NCBI GenBank assembly: GCA_000002435.2
Contig: CM018792.1
DNA: 64,000 bases
From: Giardia intestinalis
Taxonomy: Eukaryota
Strand: one strand, 5' to 3'
The translations under genes were made by a program, and so were the position numbers. Position 1 is the stretch's first letter. The number at the start of each line of letters is the position of its first letter. Of the stretch, positions 11,124-22,270 are shown in pieces. Under the pieces are notes generated by a model, which was given only the letters and a program-made list of their open reading frames with translations, had not been told where the DNA came from and made no database searches.

Positions 11124-12190
11124 GTAGAAGAGTTTGAGCACAATCTCGACTTCTGCCGTATCATAATTGTTTGGCAACGAATAATTTCCGGCTGCATTGC
11201 TTTTGTAAATGAGACGTTCGTCTTGGGTGTAGTTATTATCACTGAGGTAGACAAAGAGGATGCTTCAACCTCTAGTACCGAATGCTGCGCAGGCATTAGC
11301 TCTGATGCCGCATTAAGGTCTTGCTTTTCCGGAGGTTGTATGACGCTCTTCTTAGAAGTTAGCTGCTTTAGTTGCGGTTCCTTCGGTGCTTGATGATCTA
11401 ACTTTGATTGCGAGGGGTTAGAGCTTACACCTTTGCTTTTTTCAGCTCGTATTACCTTCTCTTTTGGAGAGTTGTTCGCTTGTAACTGTTTGTGCAAATG
11501 GCAGAGACGATCAACAAATTGTGTGTCAAACAAGGTTGATAGGGCCCGCAAAGATATATCCTCCCGTCTTCTAACATACATTCGGAGATACAGTTCTGGT
11601 TCGTAGCTCTCTGTTGGCCGTGTTGACGTACTGAGTATTAAAATGTAACACTTATTACATAAGCAGGCACAATCTGCTTCTCGCGATCCAAAAAATAGTG
11701 GCCGCATCTCACGACTAAACGCTTTCCTACAGGCTAAATGGATCATAGAGTTGCAACGAATGCAAACGCTTACGGGAAGCCCGGATTTTCCCTTTTTGCA
11801 ATGGAGACAGACATGCCGAGGACAGGAAAAGGATAAACCAAAAATATCCTGAGTGGGCAGTCCAGCTTTCTTGTAGCATTGTTGGTGGAACACTGTCTGA
11901 CAACCTGGTACACAGCACACAAGTAATGGGCCTTGATCATTAACCTTATGTTCGAGACAAATAGAGCAAACGCTTGTTCCTCTTTGACATGCTGTACAAG
12001 TGAAGTGGTAGTTGCTACCTAAACATTCTAATAGTCTCTTATTCATGTTTATCCGTTCTTCGTTAAAAACTGGCTCAGCTTTCCGGATTTTGGCTTCGAT
12101 GAGACACATAGGGCAATATGATCTGCGACAGACCCCTGCACAGACGATTCCATCTGGCTGTGCACAGAGGCAACAAATAGCGGATGTCAT
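11120..12190 (-). CDS. Cys/His-rich zinc-finger protein (PHD/RING-like), 356 aa.
   Basis: Several C-x2-C...H-x2-C clusters (CSICLEHKVNDQGPLLVCCVPGCQTVFHQQC; CPRHVCLHCKKGKSGLPVSVCIRCNSMIHLAC). The N-terminus MTSAICCLCAQPDGIVCAGVCRRSYCPMC also fits. Confidence 0.5.
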   Translation of the reverse strand: MTSAICCLCAQPDGIVCAGVCRRSYCPMCLIEAKIRKAEPVFNEERINMNKRLLECLGSNYHFTCTACQRGTSVCSICLEHKVNDQGPLLVCCVPGCQTVFHQQCYKKAGLPTQDIFGLSFSCPRHVCLHCKKGKSGLPVSVCIRCNSMIHLACRKAFSREMRPLFFGSREADCACLCNKCYILILSTSTRPTESYEPELYLRMYVRRREDISLRALSTLFDTQFVDRLCHLHKQLQANNSPKEKVIRAEKSKGVSSNPSQSKLDHQAPKEPQLKQLTSKKSVIQPPEKQDLNAASELMPAQHSVLEVEASSLSTSVIITTPKTNVSFTKAMQPEIIRCQTIMIRQKSRLCSNSST

Positions 12191-12318
12191 TTTAAACTTT
12201 TTAGTCCAATTTACGAAGATTGGATTGGATACAATAGAATAAAACTATTGTCGATTTACTAATACCTAGCGTTCACGAATTGATCTTCGAGAATTTCGAA
12301 TGCTTAGAGCACAAGCGA

Positions 12319-14970
12319 TTAGTTGGGGAGAGTCTTCTTCAGCTTCTCAAACTCCCCTTCGTAATACTTCCTCAGATCTTCTAATGACAATGAAAACTTG
12401 CTTCGTAACGATGGAACGTAGCATCTTTCGGAATAGTCAAGGAAAAGGGAATATCTTCTTTTTATACTTTCAAAGAGTGCATCACTGACTTGCTTCAGAA
12501 GGCCTATTGTTCCATCCTTGATACGCGCAACAGCAACGATGGACGAGCAATTTGCAATGGCCGCCTTGAGGTTTATATGCTTGAAAAATCGGTCCATGGT
12601 ATCCGAAAAGTGCTTCTTGATGGTTGAGTTGCATGTCTTTATTGCTTTCTCTACATCCTTATGTGCTAGTCCTGTCTGGGTGGGTACGTCGGTTGGCTGG
12701 ATCCCTCCGGCTATAACCTCTTCAATCTTATCGACAACCTGAACCCAGGAGAAGTCTTTGGAAGAATTATCGCAGAACTTGTACCTAATATTCTCTTCTA
12801 TATACTCAGATAGCAAAATATCTATTTTAGTCTTCAAAGACATCTGTATGGATGTGCTGAAGTTGTGCTCTAAAAGACTGTCACAGAAGTATATAAGAAA
12901 TGACAAGTTTTCAATGGTAGCAATGTTCCGGTACTTTTCAGTATTTGCTTTATCTGCTACTATAATAGAATCAAGCCACGCCTCAAATCTTTCAACGATA
13001 AGCATGTACGGGTTTGTTATAAGCTTGAGCAGCGACATGTGTCCGGAGTCAAGCTTAAATGTCATCGGGAATGTACTTTCTTCAATATCTGGCTGAGTAA
13101 AAGTAATGCTCCCAGCGCGATCTGACGGAAGGAAAGCTGACAATGAGCTAAACAGACTACTGTACGCAGGGGAGCTCGCTGAGAGCGTCTTGACGGTGAG
13201 GGTAGCAGAACAATACATAGCATGTATTGCAGAGAGCAGTGTGCACGTGTAAATGGTACCGGGAAAGACACCGGCTTGCTTGATCGTTGGCTGCTGTTTT
13301 GATAAGTGTGCATGAAAAGTATCCGTGAAGGACACGACGTGGGACTCGATGGTCTGCAGGGCGCTGGACAGCAAAAGTATCATAAGGTCGCAATCAAGGG
13401 TGCACGCTATTGACAGAGCATGATCTATCTGCATGTAAAGAGCGAACCCATAGAGAGGGTTGGACGTCAGAACGCCTTCGAGAACATGACTGAGAGGTCT
13501 AGTCCGGACTGAAGAGAAATAGGCCTCAGGAACATCCTTAACCCATTTTAGTGTGTTACGATAGGATTGACTTCTGGTAAAATCTAAGGTTGAGAAGTAT
13601 TTTATTTCTGCATGGAGCATTTTATAATCTAGAACGGGGTAGAAAATGGTTCCGAGGCAAGCGTCAATCGTAGAGAGATCTGTTAACAATTTGTTACTTC
13701 CGTTTGCACTGAGTTTTTGTATAGCAACCTCCAGAGACTCACGAGAGGAAAGTTGCTCATTTAAGACAGCATCCAATACAACAGTAAATCTTTCGATTTC
13801 GTGGATCTCTTTCGTGCCGTGTCTGGGCTCTGAATTTTCCTTTGGGTTACTAGAGAAAAAAACTGATAGCAAGATATCTCGTGTATGATATATGTATATG
13901 GTTACAGCCAAGAAGTAATATCCTAGCGCGCGATCTAAGTATTCACAGCCATCTTTGAGAAGGTTATTTGCATAGGTGGAATGATGCAGTTGTACCGTAT
14001 TCACAGTCGAGTTAGAGTGCCTCCCCGATTTTGTTTGGGCTTCTCTCTCCGCAGCAACTCTACGATCGATAGGTACACTGTCCGGATAACAAATGGTGCT
14101 ATAGGATAGTTCATATATCTTAAGTCCTAGGCCTCTGAGTAGATTTATATCTGGTGCTGCAATGCCCTCATGCATGTTGTCCTCTAAGAAGGATATGCTT
14201 CCACGCGCTAGTTCATAAAGTACTAGTATCACAGCTGCTCGCACAAGGCTATAACTGGCAGGATCTAACTCTTTTAGAAAAGATATGGAAGCTGCATCAG
14301 AGAACAACATCTCACGAAAGGATGCAACATCAAAGTAGCTTTTTATATCCTTAACCTTGCATCGCTTACGTGTAGCAATAATGACCGCAAACTCGTTACA
14401 AATGGCCTTTATAAGTCGCATGGTCAGCGCTTGTACAAAGGTTCTAATAGCATCTTTGATCTGGGCATGTGAACGAGAGACAACAACAAAGGTGTCAAAC
14501 CCGGGGAATTCCTCTGCGTAGCTATGCATTGCTTCAAAATAGCTTTGAGACGCCTCAATAATCGACAACTCAAACTGCCTATCTGCTCCATGTCTATATG
14601 CTTGCAGATCTTTTAATAGGTTATCTGCGACAGTAAGAATATGATCAACGGCCTCGAGAATGCGTATCATTTGCTGCTTCTCTGATTCTGTTGTATTGGC
14701 TTGCTGTTTCGTCTTAACGTTGTAGATATTGGCATGGTGCTCGCGGCCCCGGAGCGCCGCCAGGGTGACGGAGTCCCCAATATTTGCAATACCTGTACTC
14801 AGATGCACAGCCTCCATAACAACACGCTGAAGATCAGCATTAGTGTCCTTATTAATGGCGAAGATCCCCAGCAGTAGGTGTTCGTTAGCAAGCTCCAGCT
14901 CGTCCGCGAGCTGAACCAACTGAGACTTGTGTCCGGAGGGAAGGAGATGCGGGCCGGAGGGAGAGGGCAT
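12319..14970 (-). CDS. Hypothetical protein, 883 aa.
   Basis: Long uninterrupted ORF with codon usage like its neighbours. No diagnostic motif seen. Confidence 0.55.
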   Translation of the reverse strand: MPSPSGPHLLPSGHKSQLVQLADELELANEHLLLGIFAINKDTNADLQRVVMEAVHLSTGIANIGDSVTLAALRGREHHANIYNVKTKQQANTTESEKQQMIRILEAVDHILTVADNLLKDLQAYRHGADRQFELSIIEASQSYFEAMHSYAEEFPGFDTFVVVSRSHAQIKDAIRTFVQALTMRLIKAICNEFAVIIATRKRCKVKDIKSYFDVASFREMLFSDAASISFLKELDPASYSLVRAAVILVLYELARGSISFLEDNMHEGIAAPDINLLRGLGLKIYELSYSTICYPDSVPIDRRVAAEREAQTKSGRHSNSTVNTVQLHHSTYANNLLKDGCEYLDRALGYYFLAVTIYIYHTRDILLSVFFSSNPKENSEPRHGTKEIHEIERFTVVLDAVLNEQLSSRESLEVAIQKLSANGSNKLLTDLSTIDACLGTIFYPVLDYKMLHAEIKYFSTLDFTRSQSYRNTLKWVKDVPEAYFSSVRTRPLSHVLEGVLTSNPLYGFALYMQIDHALSIACTLDCDLMILLLSSALQTIESHVVSFTDTFHAHLSKQQPTIKQAGVFPGTIYTCTLLSAIHAMYCSATLTVKTLSASSPAYSSLFSSLSAFLPSDRAGSITFTQPDIEESTFPMTFKLDSGHMSLLKLITNPYMLIVERFEAWLDSIIVADKANTEKYRNIATIENLSFLIYFCDSLLEHNFSTSIQMSLKTKIDILLSEYIEENIRYKFCDNSSKDFSWVQVVDKIEEVIAGGIQPTDVPTQTGLAHKDVEKAIKTCNSTIKKHFSDTMDRFFKHINLKAAIANCSSIVAVARIKDGTIGLLKQVSDALFESIKRRYSLFLDYSERCYVPSLRSKFSLSLEDLRKYYEGEFEKLKKTLPN

Positions 14971-15091
14971 CTTTTAAAAATAAAAATCTCTGCTCCTTTT
15001 CGAGTGGTGTTTTCCTACAGGAATGCCTCGAGGCCTCATGGCACAAAACAAATAGTTCAAAGGTTATATATAGAATTGTGCGGGGTTTGCG

Positions 15092-15163
15092 CCGGAATAG
15101 CTCAGCGGTAGAGCGCTGCACTTGTAATGCAGTGGTCGCGGGTTCAATTCCCGCTTTCGGCTT
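15092..15163 (+). tRNA. tRNA-Thr (anticodon UGU).
   Basis: Hand-folded cloverleaf. Acceptor stem GCCGGAA/TTTCGGC with one G-U pair. D arm GCTC-AGCGGTA-GAGC. Anticodon stem CTGCA/TGCAG with loop CTTGTAA, giving anticodon TGT. Variable loop TGGTC. T arm GCGGG-TTCAATT-CCCGC. Discriminator T. 72 nt, no intron. Confidence 0.8.
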
Positions 15164-15187
15164 TTCAGTGGGCCTTACAGGTTACAG

Positions 15188-15991
15188 GTGCTTCTCCGCA
15201 GAATCCCCATCACAGAGGCCGTTATCCCCCCGGAGGTGTGGGCCAAGATCCGCGCCCTGAGCTTAGCAAGCCTCGACAAGGCCATGGGGCTCATTGAGGG
15301 GGCGTCGTGGAAGGACCCCAAGGTGGACGAGGGGATGTCGATCACCACCGCCGTGGTCGAGGGCAACAAGAACCACGCGCTCAAGGCGACGATGGAGATA
15401 CCATACCCCGTCCACTGCTGCTTCGGGGCCCTTGTGGCGATGAACATCAACGTTGACGAGACCAACAGCCAGGCCCTCCGCAAGTCGACGCTTTTCCGCC
15501 GCGAGACGCTGGAGTCTCCGGCCGACGCCGAGGCGAAGAAAGCCTATGCAGGCTATGCCCAGCAGAAGACGGCCCAGGACTTCCCCGAGGTCAGGGAGAT
15601 CTCTAGCGTCTCCCAGTTTGTCACCACGTCTCCCTCTGCGATTGTCGCCCACCGCGAGTTTCTCACCGTCCTCAACTTCAGGGAGCTCCCGAAGGCGGAG
15701 GGGAGGCGCCGAATCCTCTACTCGTTCATGAGCCCAGAGCTCCCGGAGCTTCTCGCCCTTTACCCAGAGGCGACCAAGCAGGAGGGCTGGGTCCGCGGAG
15801 TCGTCCACATCAGCGCCTTCCTTTTTGAGGAGACGGCCCCGGGCAGCGGAAAGACAGCCGCCACGTTTGTCTGCCATAGCGATCCCATGGGAAAGGTCCC
15901 GGCGCTGCTTGCCAACTCAGTGATTGTCAACCAGGCGAAGTCCCTGCTCAGCATCGTTAAGGTCATCGAGACCGGGCAGGTCCAGAAGTGA
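15188..15991 (+). CDS. START/Bet-v1-like lipid-binding domain protein (267 aa), GC3-rich.
   Basis: The C-terminal half resembles a START fold (REFLTVLNFRELP...RRRILYSFMSPELPE...GWVRGVVHISAFLFEE...ATFVCHSDPMGKVPALLANSVIVNQAKSLL). GC3 is very high, so a full-length antisense ORF (15263..15877) appears, which I regard as an artefact. The start codon is only 25 nt downstream of the tRNA, so an internal Met start is possible. Confidence 0.45.
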   Translation: MLLRRIPITEAVIPPEVWAKIRALSLASLDKAMGLIEGASWKDPKVDEGMSITTAVVEGNKNHALKATMEIPYPVHCCFGALVAMNINVDETNSQALRKSTLFRRETLESPADAEAKKAYAGYAQQKTAQDFPEVREISSVSQFVTTSPSAIVAHREFLTVLNFRELPKAEGRRRILYSFMSPELPELLALYPEATKQEGWVRGVVHISAFLFEETAPGSGKTAATFVCHSDPMGKVPALLANSVIVNQAKSLLSIVKVIETGQVQK

Positions 15992-16424
15992 ATGCATGAT
16001 GGTGCGTCTCACTAACGCTGGCCCGTTCTTTGGGTGTGCTGCAAGTCTGTCCTTCTTTTCCGGACGTGCATGCACTCCCACGAGGAACCTACAATTCTGG
16101 ATGCAGTGAAGGGGCCGATTACACGTCAGCCCTAGCAGCCCATGAGAGCCGCCTCCTGCAGACCTCTGGCCCAGGTTATACTGAGGACGCTATCGTAGAC
16201 ACAGATCTTTAGAAATCCTCATCCAACTTGAGTGCCTGAAGGAGTCTTAGTCTCGAGCATTATGCAATCTAACCACCATCGTTCTCGGCTCCAGCTGATC
16301 TTTCCCAATACAAGAGACATCGGGGACCCGTCGCCCAATTCGCACTCACAGTCGCTGTCTCCTGCCAATGGGCGCACCTACTCGAGCTTTCTCCACAATC
16401 GCCACCGCAGTAGATACATTTACA

Positions 16425-18452
16425 TCAAAGAGCAGAGTCGGCGGACCCCTCGGGCAGCAGACTGTCTGCACTCCCGCGATCGTACTTCATTGCCCGGGTC
16501 CTTCTACGCACCCCCTTGCGGACCAGGACCTTCACGATGAACGGTATTGCCGCGCAGACGCCTATGAGGAGCAGGACCAGAATCACGATCGCTGCTGTTA
16601 CTCCGGGCTTGAGGCCAGACTTGTTCAAAAGGCCACTGCAGTGCAGGCCATAGGCTGTGCTTAGACTGACAGTTTCTCCCGAGGCACATCGCGTGCATCC
16701 AACTCGGCCATTATTTGAGAACTGTTTGCACATAGAGCATCCAGAGGGGCACTCAAGACACTTACTGTTGTCATAACTGAAGTAGAAACCATCGGCACAA
16801 ACTCCGAACGCACAAATATCTGCAAAGTAACAGCCTCTAATGCATTCCTTTTGGCACGGAATACAGGTAGGATTAGCGCCTTCTGAAAATCCGTAGCCCT
16901 TGATACAAGTATTACATTTATCCTGTCCTTTAACATATTCCATGCAATTTTGGACAGAGCCTTTGGTACAAGTTGTGCTGTCTGTTGACAAGTAGTATCC
17001 ATTATTGCATGTAGAACACTCTTCACGTTTAAACAGACATCTGCTGCAATTTTCAACCTGGCACTTATCGATTTGTTTTTTAGTTGCGTCATAAAAGTAT
17101 CCTTCAACGGCACGCATACACTGGGATACGTCGGGGCCGCTACAGGACTCACACTTATCGGCACAGGAAGCACAAATTCCACTAGATACATAGTATCCAG
17201 CAACGCACTTAATGCAGGTGGGATCTGTCTCATCGCCTGCAAGTATACAATTAGGAATTACGTCGCCAACAGGAATGCAAATACCATCCTTTAACGCCAT
17301 ATCATTACGGCATGTTTTACAGTTACTACCTGGACCATCGCAGGTATAACAAACGGAGTCACAGGCCACGCATATATTGTCAGACAAGTAGAAGCCGTCC
17401 TGACACTTTGTGCAGTTGTATCGTTCGCTGCACGTATCACATCCCAGTATACTCAGTTCACAGCGTATGCAGGCCCCATTTTCTTGAAATTCATCTTCAG
17501 CACATGGGTCTGGTTCAGATGTAGCACATAGTACGCCGTATATCTTTGGACCAGTCCTAGCTGCTGTTGTTACTTTACATTTTTCACATACAGCTTCTCC
17601 GTGTCCAAGATCGTAGTAACATGAAAAACATCCATCTGGACATGGTAAGCAGTACTGCGAATAGGGGTTAAACATAGACCCTGGCATACAGGCGCCACTA
17701 GTACAGCGGTATGGCGCGGGAGTATTACCATTCATGCAGAACAAGCAATTTGTGGCACAAGGAAGACAAGCAGCTCCGCTGAGGACATAGCCTTCTTTAC
17801 AGCCTGTACACGTGTCCTTAGGCTCACATTCATTGCAATTTTGGACAGTGCACTTAATGCAACTCCCATTTTTGTTACTACTTTTATCTAAACCGTATCC
17901 ATTCACGCATTCATCACATGTATCCTTAGATGTGTTACATATTTTGCAGTTAGTATCTACGCAGCGAGTAATCTCTCCAGTGGTTTTATTTAAATAGTAC
18001 CCAGAAGAGGGCTCCTCACACTCAGTTTCATTCTTGCAGCTGTAACAGTTATCTTTGCATTTAGTGCATGTAAAGGTCTTTGCATTAAAGAAGTATCCAG
18101 CGTGGCACTGTATGCACTTGTTGGTGTCATGTGCGCACCTGATGCACCCCTCATAGACCTCACCGGGCTCATCGCAGACCCCAATTGCATTCCTGCAGTG
18201 ATTCCCGCTGCACTCCAAGCAGCTGTTCGGATTATTGCACGTCTTGCATGTGTGGTCGCACGGCTTGCAATAGCCATAGTCGAGATAGTACCCCGCTTTG
18301 CACTCAGTGCAGGCTCCTGGCCCCCGACACGAGAGGCACCAGAGCATGCTGTCATCGCACTTAACGCACATGTTGCCGAGAGCATAGTGGTCTCGGGGGC
18401 AGTTGATAGCTAATGTTCCAATAAGAAGAGCGATTAGAGTAAGAAGTTGCAT
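16425..18452 (-). CDS. High-cysteine membrane protein (HCMP), 675 aa, EGF/furin-like CXXC repeats.
   Basis: Signal peptide MQLLTLIALLIGTLAINC. About 12% Cys with repeated CxxC and CxC motifs. C-terminal TM helix VTAAIVILVLLLIGVCAAIPFIV and a 40-aa cytoplasmic tail without CRGKA. The embedded ORFs 16661..17242(-) and 17990..18385(-) are alternative frames of the same Cys-codon-rich DNA. Confidence 0.8.
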   Translation of the reverse strand: MQLLTLIALLIGTLAINCPRDHYALGNMCVKCDDSMLWCLSCRGPGACTECKAGYYLDYGYCKPCDHTCKTCNNPNSCLECSGNHCRNAIGVCDEPGEVYEGCIRCAHDTNKCIQCHAGYFFNAKTFTCTKCKDNCYSCKNETECEEPSSGYYLNKTTGEITRCVDTNCKICNTSKDTCDECVNGYGLDKSSNKNGSCIKCTVQNCNECEPKDTCTGCKEGYVLSGAACLPCATNCLFCMNGNTPAPYRCTSGACMPGSMFNPYSQYCLPCPDGCFSCYYDLGHGEAVCEKCKVTTAARTGPKIYGVLCATSEPDPCAEDEFQENGACIRCELSILGCDTCSERYNCTKCQDGFYLSDNICVACDSVCYTCDGPGSNCKTCRNDMALKDGICIPVGDVIPNCILAGDETDPTCIKCVAGYYVSSGICASCADKCESCSGPDVSQCMRAVEGYFYDATKKQIDKCQVENCSRCLFKREECSTCNNGYYLSTDSTTCTKGSVQNCMEYVKGQDKCNTCIKGYGFSEGANPTCIPCQKECIRGCYFADICAFGVCADGFYFSYDNSKCLECPSGCSMCKQFSNNGRVGCTRCASGETVSLSTAYGLHCSGLLNKSGLKPGVTAAIVILVLLLIGVCAAIPFIVKVLVRKGVRRRTRAMKYDRGSADSLLPEGSADSAL

Positions 18453-18919
18453 TTTAGATTCTATACATTTTTCGTGTGCATGGTGAAAAAGCGCAATAGC
18501 CTGTAACGTTATTAGCGTCCTGCCCTTAAGTAACTATTAGGTACATTTCAAAATGATCTGTGTTATTTTTAACATTAGTTTGTACTTAAGGTGCCTGTGG
18601 TATACACCCTTTGGAAGTCGTAACCTTTGTGTACAAGCTTCTCGGGCTTCCAACTATAGATTGTGACGATAACTATATGTAGTAAAATATTATTTAACAA
18701 TTCAACTGAATAACAAGTGAATTTAAGGCTGTAATCATGACAGAAAGCAACGTAGGTATGTCTTCAGAAAATGGTTGCGCTTCTACTTAGCCTGACTCTT
18801 TCGCATGATGCATGTTGCTCTAACACAATAACCACGTTTGGCTGTGTTTCACTCGCCTCAACCCGATCTATATTGCTAACGTACTAATTGCAACATTCTA
18901 TGTATGGACAAGAGCCGCT

Positions 18920-21900
18920 TTGTCCTATCGACAAGAGGTGCTTTCCATAAAAATAATTGCAATGGGTTGGAGCCCTACTTCAACGGCCATTGCTAACACT
19001 GAAAAGCTAATCAATTTAGCATCATGTATGACGAACGAAGCAAATAAAGAGGCAAATGACCTTATGGCAAGGCTCGTCGAGACAGAGGTAGATCTTCCTT
19101 GCTTACTTTTAGAAGCTTTTCTCTCCGATGGACCCTACAGTACATACGCCGGCGCGCTCTTTAAAGCGTGCATTCGTCAGTCGTATAGCTATATTATATC
19201 GCAAGGGCGGCAGGATATTGCGTCCTATCTCTTTCTGCGATTAGTAGACAGCCTGCAATCTAGTTCATCTAGAGCATATAATTCACAGTCAATTCTCGCG
19301 AATATGATAAGTGCATTAGTTTGTCATGAACGTGTGGGATTCATTTGGCCGGAACTAGAGCAGGCACTGATAGAGGCAGTGACTTCCATGCAAGCCACAT
19401 ACGTGTCATCTCTCTCTTGCAAGAATCTCAATCCTAAATCTCTCGCTCCATTTATGTGTACTTCTTTGCTGATACAGAATATTACCGACGATTCCATTAA
19501 GATTCTTAAGGACTGCAAAGGTTTGTCGGCTGCCATTGAGATGATGGTTTCGACGGTATTAACCGATACTGTTACCACTTTTTTAGTTACTAAAGTCTCT
19601 ATAGATGCAAATCCCCTCATGTTTGCTGCTTTCAGTCCAGTGTTACGGTTTTATAAGGGTGTTTTGACAGAGCCTATCTCTCCCCAGTTTAGTGATGACA
19701 CTGCGCTCATTTCGCGAGTCTTCATCCTCATAGAGCGCCTCTGTCCGTTAGCCATTCATTCAGATTGGGATCTTCTCCAGGCTGCACTCGAAGTTGTTAT
19801 CCGAAGCATTACCGTGACGCCAGAACTGTACTATCAGAATACGGACTTCTTCTCTAATGTTCTGGAACTTCTAATATATATGACCAAAGAGCTTTACGAG
19901 CTAGAGAACGTTGGAGAGAAACTTGAGGCACAAGTACAGTATCTTGGGGTTAAGCTCCGCGGCGAAGGGACAGGTGTGGCGCGGCTAGTAATGGAGGTGT
20001 GGCACCTTTTCGTTAGCGATTCCAATTTTTATTCTGTTCTGCGTAATCACATTACCCTTCATCTGATAGATCCCCTGCTTGCTGCGTGCATTCTTCAAGA
20101 AGATGAGCTTCTCTTTTTAAAATCTTCAGCTGCAGTGGCTACAAGAGACATAGGACAAATTTCAGATCTACTAGGACCGTGGACTAATCGTAAACACGCC
20201 TTGCTCCTCTTAGACATACTCTGTGGAATACGAAGGGATTGTACTGACCTAGTTATACAGGGATGCACCCGAATGCTGTCATCATGTGACATATCCATCA
20301 TCGAAGCGGCCATAACGATTCTTGCATATGTTTCGTCTCATGTCAAGAAGGAAGCCATTACTACCATTTTAATACAGATCAAAGCTACAGTCCTGGACAC
20401 GTTCTATACGGATTATCCTGAGCCTTTTCTACTCGACCATTCTACGGGGAGCGTATCATTTAATCAGCAGTTCTCTGTAGCCATGGAGGCTTCGTATCGC
20501 TCTTTCAGCGCTACTGAAAACCATAGCCAGCTTTTAGGTGCCCCAGCAAGAGGGGAGAGGGTCTCTCTATTTCTGTCTATCATAGTTTCTCATAGTGTAT
20601 ACACCATTTCAAAATACATCGAATTGTTTGACAGCTCCTCAATTACATGTATCCTAGCATCTTTTCTTAAGGTCCTTGTGTTCTCTTCAGACATCAGAAC
20701 AAGGTACTATGCGATCGGAGCCATTGGGACAATAATTGATATCGCACTTGTATCTTCTGATAGCTCTGCTGCCGATTCAGCTCAATTTGTACCGTCAGGA
20801 GAAGCTATTACAGTGTCCTATATAGATCGAATTGTCTACGAGGGTGTTCTGAATATAGTGTGTGGGCTTCTACTACTGGACGTACGAGCAAACAGAGTTG
20901 TTCCCACAGAGCTTAACTTTCTAATTGATGTAGTGATCTCCTGCTTGATGGCCGATTCCGGAAAAGAAACGTCCATAGTTATGGCAGGCGTGGCAGAGTA
21001 TGACATATCAGGACTTGGACGCTCTTCTCTATGCACAACCTCTGTCATGGAGGCTTTAGCTGAGGTCTTTTCTACGTTACTTCCTTCCTATCTTCCTCAC
21101 GTTGTTCGCGCAATAACCACCTTGTCTGATAGTAACGACTCTGATGAGCGCATATGCTTGGCATTTAGTAATCTGAATGATGCCATATCATCACTGCTTG
21201 GGGACTTGATCCATCCAGGTATTGGGCCTCAGACAGAGAAGCTGCAAAAGACCATACATTCTCACCTCATTCCTACCTACATTGACAGCGTAATCAGAGG
21301 ACTTATGCTTTGCATGGATCAGGTGGAAAATCCAATTCTTTGGCCCGACGTGTCACTGATGGAAAGTCTTATTTCGTTTATCAATGATGCTTTATTGACT
21401 GGAAATAGCACGGCTATGATGATTCTAAATTACAACAATCAGTCACTTGTTCCTGCACTCATTCAAACTGCTGCTATTTTTGTAGGCACAACTCTGCAAG
21501 CGGAGATGTTCGGGATATTGGGAGAAATTGTCAGGGAATATCCAGAGCATATTTTCGTGCACCGTGAATATTCATCTGCGTTACTAGATTGTTTGTTTAA
21601 TGTGATTCAGAGCCCTTTTGAACCGAAAGCGCAGAACAACGCGACTTGGTTATTTAGCACACTTATTGCAAGCCCACAACTGAGTGTATCCATTGGTGTA
21701 CACGCATATATGACTCTTTACTGTGGCACAGCATCTGGAGACCTAGGGTCGTATTTAGCAGCACTGCCTCAGTACTGTGAAACACCAAAAGAGATACTGA
21801 TACTTTCAGACACTGCACAACTATCTGGTGAGCATTTCCAAAATTACGCGCAGCTCCTTCTCGAACTGATTCAAGAAGAGCGAGCAACAAAAGATGTTTT

Positions 21901-22270
21901 GATCAATGCATCTGTTGCTTTGCTGAAATGGGTGCGAATCTATCTACTTATGGGACGAGTGGTTCCTTTTCTGGACTGTCGCCTTTTACAGATGGTTGCT
22001 GAAAATCTGGATATAATAGTCCTTCAGGTGTGCAGAAGCGATGACGTGGATGACCGAGATTGCTGCTTTATAGCTATTCTTATGGTTGCGCTTTGTATGC
22101 CAGATGTAGCTGCTGAGGCTAGCACGGAGATATGCTGTTCTTTGATGGAAACCGTAAAGATGTGCCCTATAAACAACGAGGAATTTGATGCCCTTTTGAA
22201 CGACGTTTTGCGAGCCAATATAATAGTTGGGCTAAACAGGGATGCTCTAGATAAGTGCATTAATTCATAG
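18920..22270 (+). CDS. Hypothetical large protein (1116 aa), probably alpha-helical HEAT/ARM-like repeats.
   Basis: Leu-rich amphipathic helical segments throughout and no catalytic motifs. Divergently arranged with the HCMP gene across a 467-bp AT-rich intergenic region. Confidence 0.5.
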   Translation: MSYRQEVLSIKIIAMGWSPTSTAIANTEKLINLASCMTNEANKEANDLMARLVETEVDLPCLLLEAFLSDGPYSTYAGALFKACIRQSYSYIISQGRQDIASYLFLRLVDSLQSSSSRAYNSQSILANMISALVCHERVGFIWPELEQALIEAVTSMQATYVSSLSCKNLNPKSLAPFMCTSLLIQNITDDSIKILKDCKGLSAAIEMMVSTVLTDTVTTFLVTKVSIDANPLMFAAFSPVLRFYKGVLTEPISPQFSDDTALISRVFILIERLCPLAIHSDWDLLQAALEVVIRSITVTPELYYQNTDFFSNVLELLIYMTKELYELENVGEKLEAQVQYLGVKLRGEGTGVARLVMEVWHLFVSDSNFYSVLRNHITLHLIDPLLAACILQEDELLFLKSSAAVATRDIGQISDLLGPWTNRKHALLLLDILCGIRRDCTDLVIQGCTRMLSSCDISIIEAAITILAYVSSHVKKEAITTILIQIKATVLDTFYTDYPEPFLLDHSTGSVSFNQQFSVAMEASYRSFSATENHSQLLGAPARGERVSLFLSIIVSHSVYTISKYIELFDSSSITCILASFLKVLVFSSDIRTRYYAIGAIGTIIDIALVSSDSSAADSAQFVPSGEAITVSYIDRIVYEGVLNIVCGLLLLDVRANRVVPTELNFLIDVVISCLMADSGKETSIVMAGVAEYDISGLGRSSLCTTSVMEALAEVFSTLLPSYLPHVVRAITTLSDSNDSDERICLAFSNLNDAISSLLGDLIHPGIGPQTEKLQKTIHSHLIPTYIDSVIRGLMLCMDQVENPILWPDVSLMESLISFINDALLTGNSTAMMILNYNNQSLVPALIQTAAIFVGTTLQAEMFGILGEIVREYPEHIFVHREYSSALLDCLFNVIQSPFEPKAQNNATWLFSTLIASPQLSVSIGVHAYMTLYCGTASGDLGSYLAALPQYCETPKEILILSDTAQLSGEHFQNYAQLLLELIQEERATKDVLINASVALLKWVRIYLLMGRVVPFLDCRLLQMVAENLDIIVLQVCRSDDVDDRDCCFIAILMVALCMPDVAAEASTEICCSLMETVKMCPINNEEFDALLNDVLRANIIVGLNRDALDKCINS

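Noticed and set aside
15263-15877. 204-aa ORF on the minus strand, fully antisense to the gene 15188-15991. Similar antisense ORFs occur at 624-968, 16661-17242 and 17990-18385, and there are dozens in 35.4-40.3 kb and 48.0-52.9 kb.
   Set aside because: They occur only where the sense strand is GC3-rich, Cys-codon-rich or generally GC-rich. They have Arg/Pro/Gly/Ala-dominated low-complexity translations and no motifs, so they are stop-codon-poor artefacts of composition.
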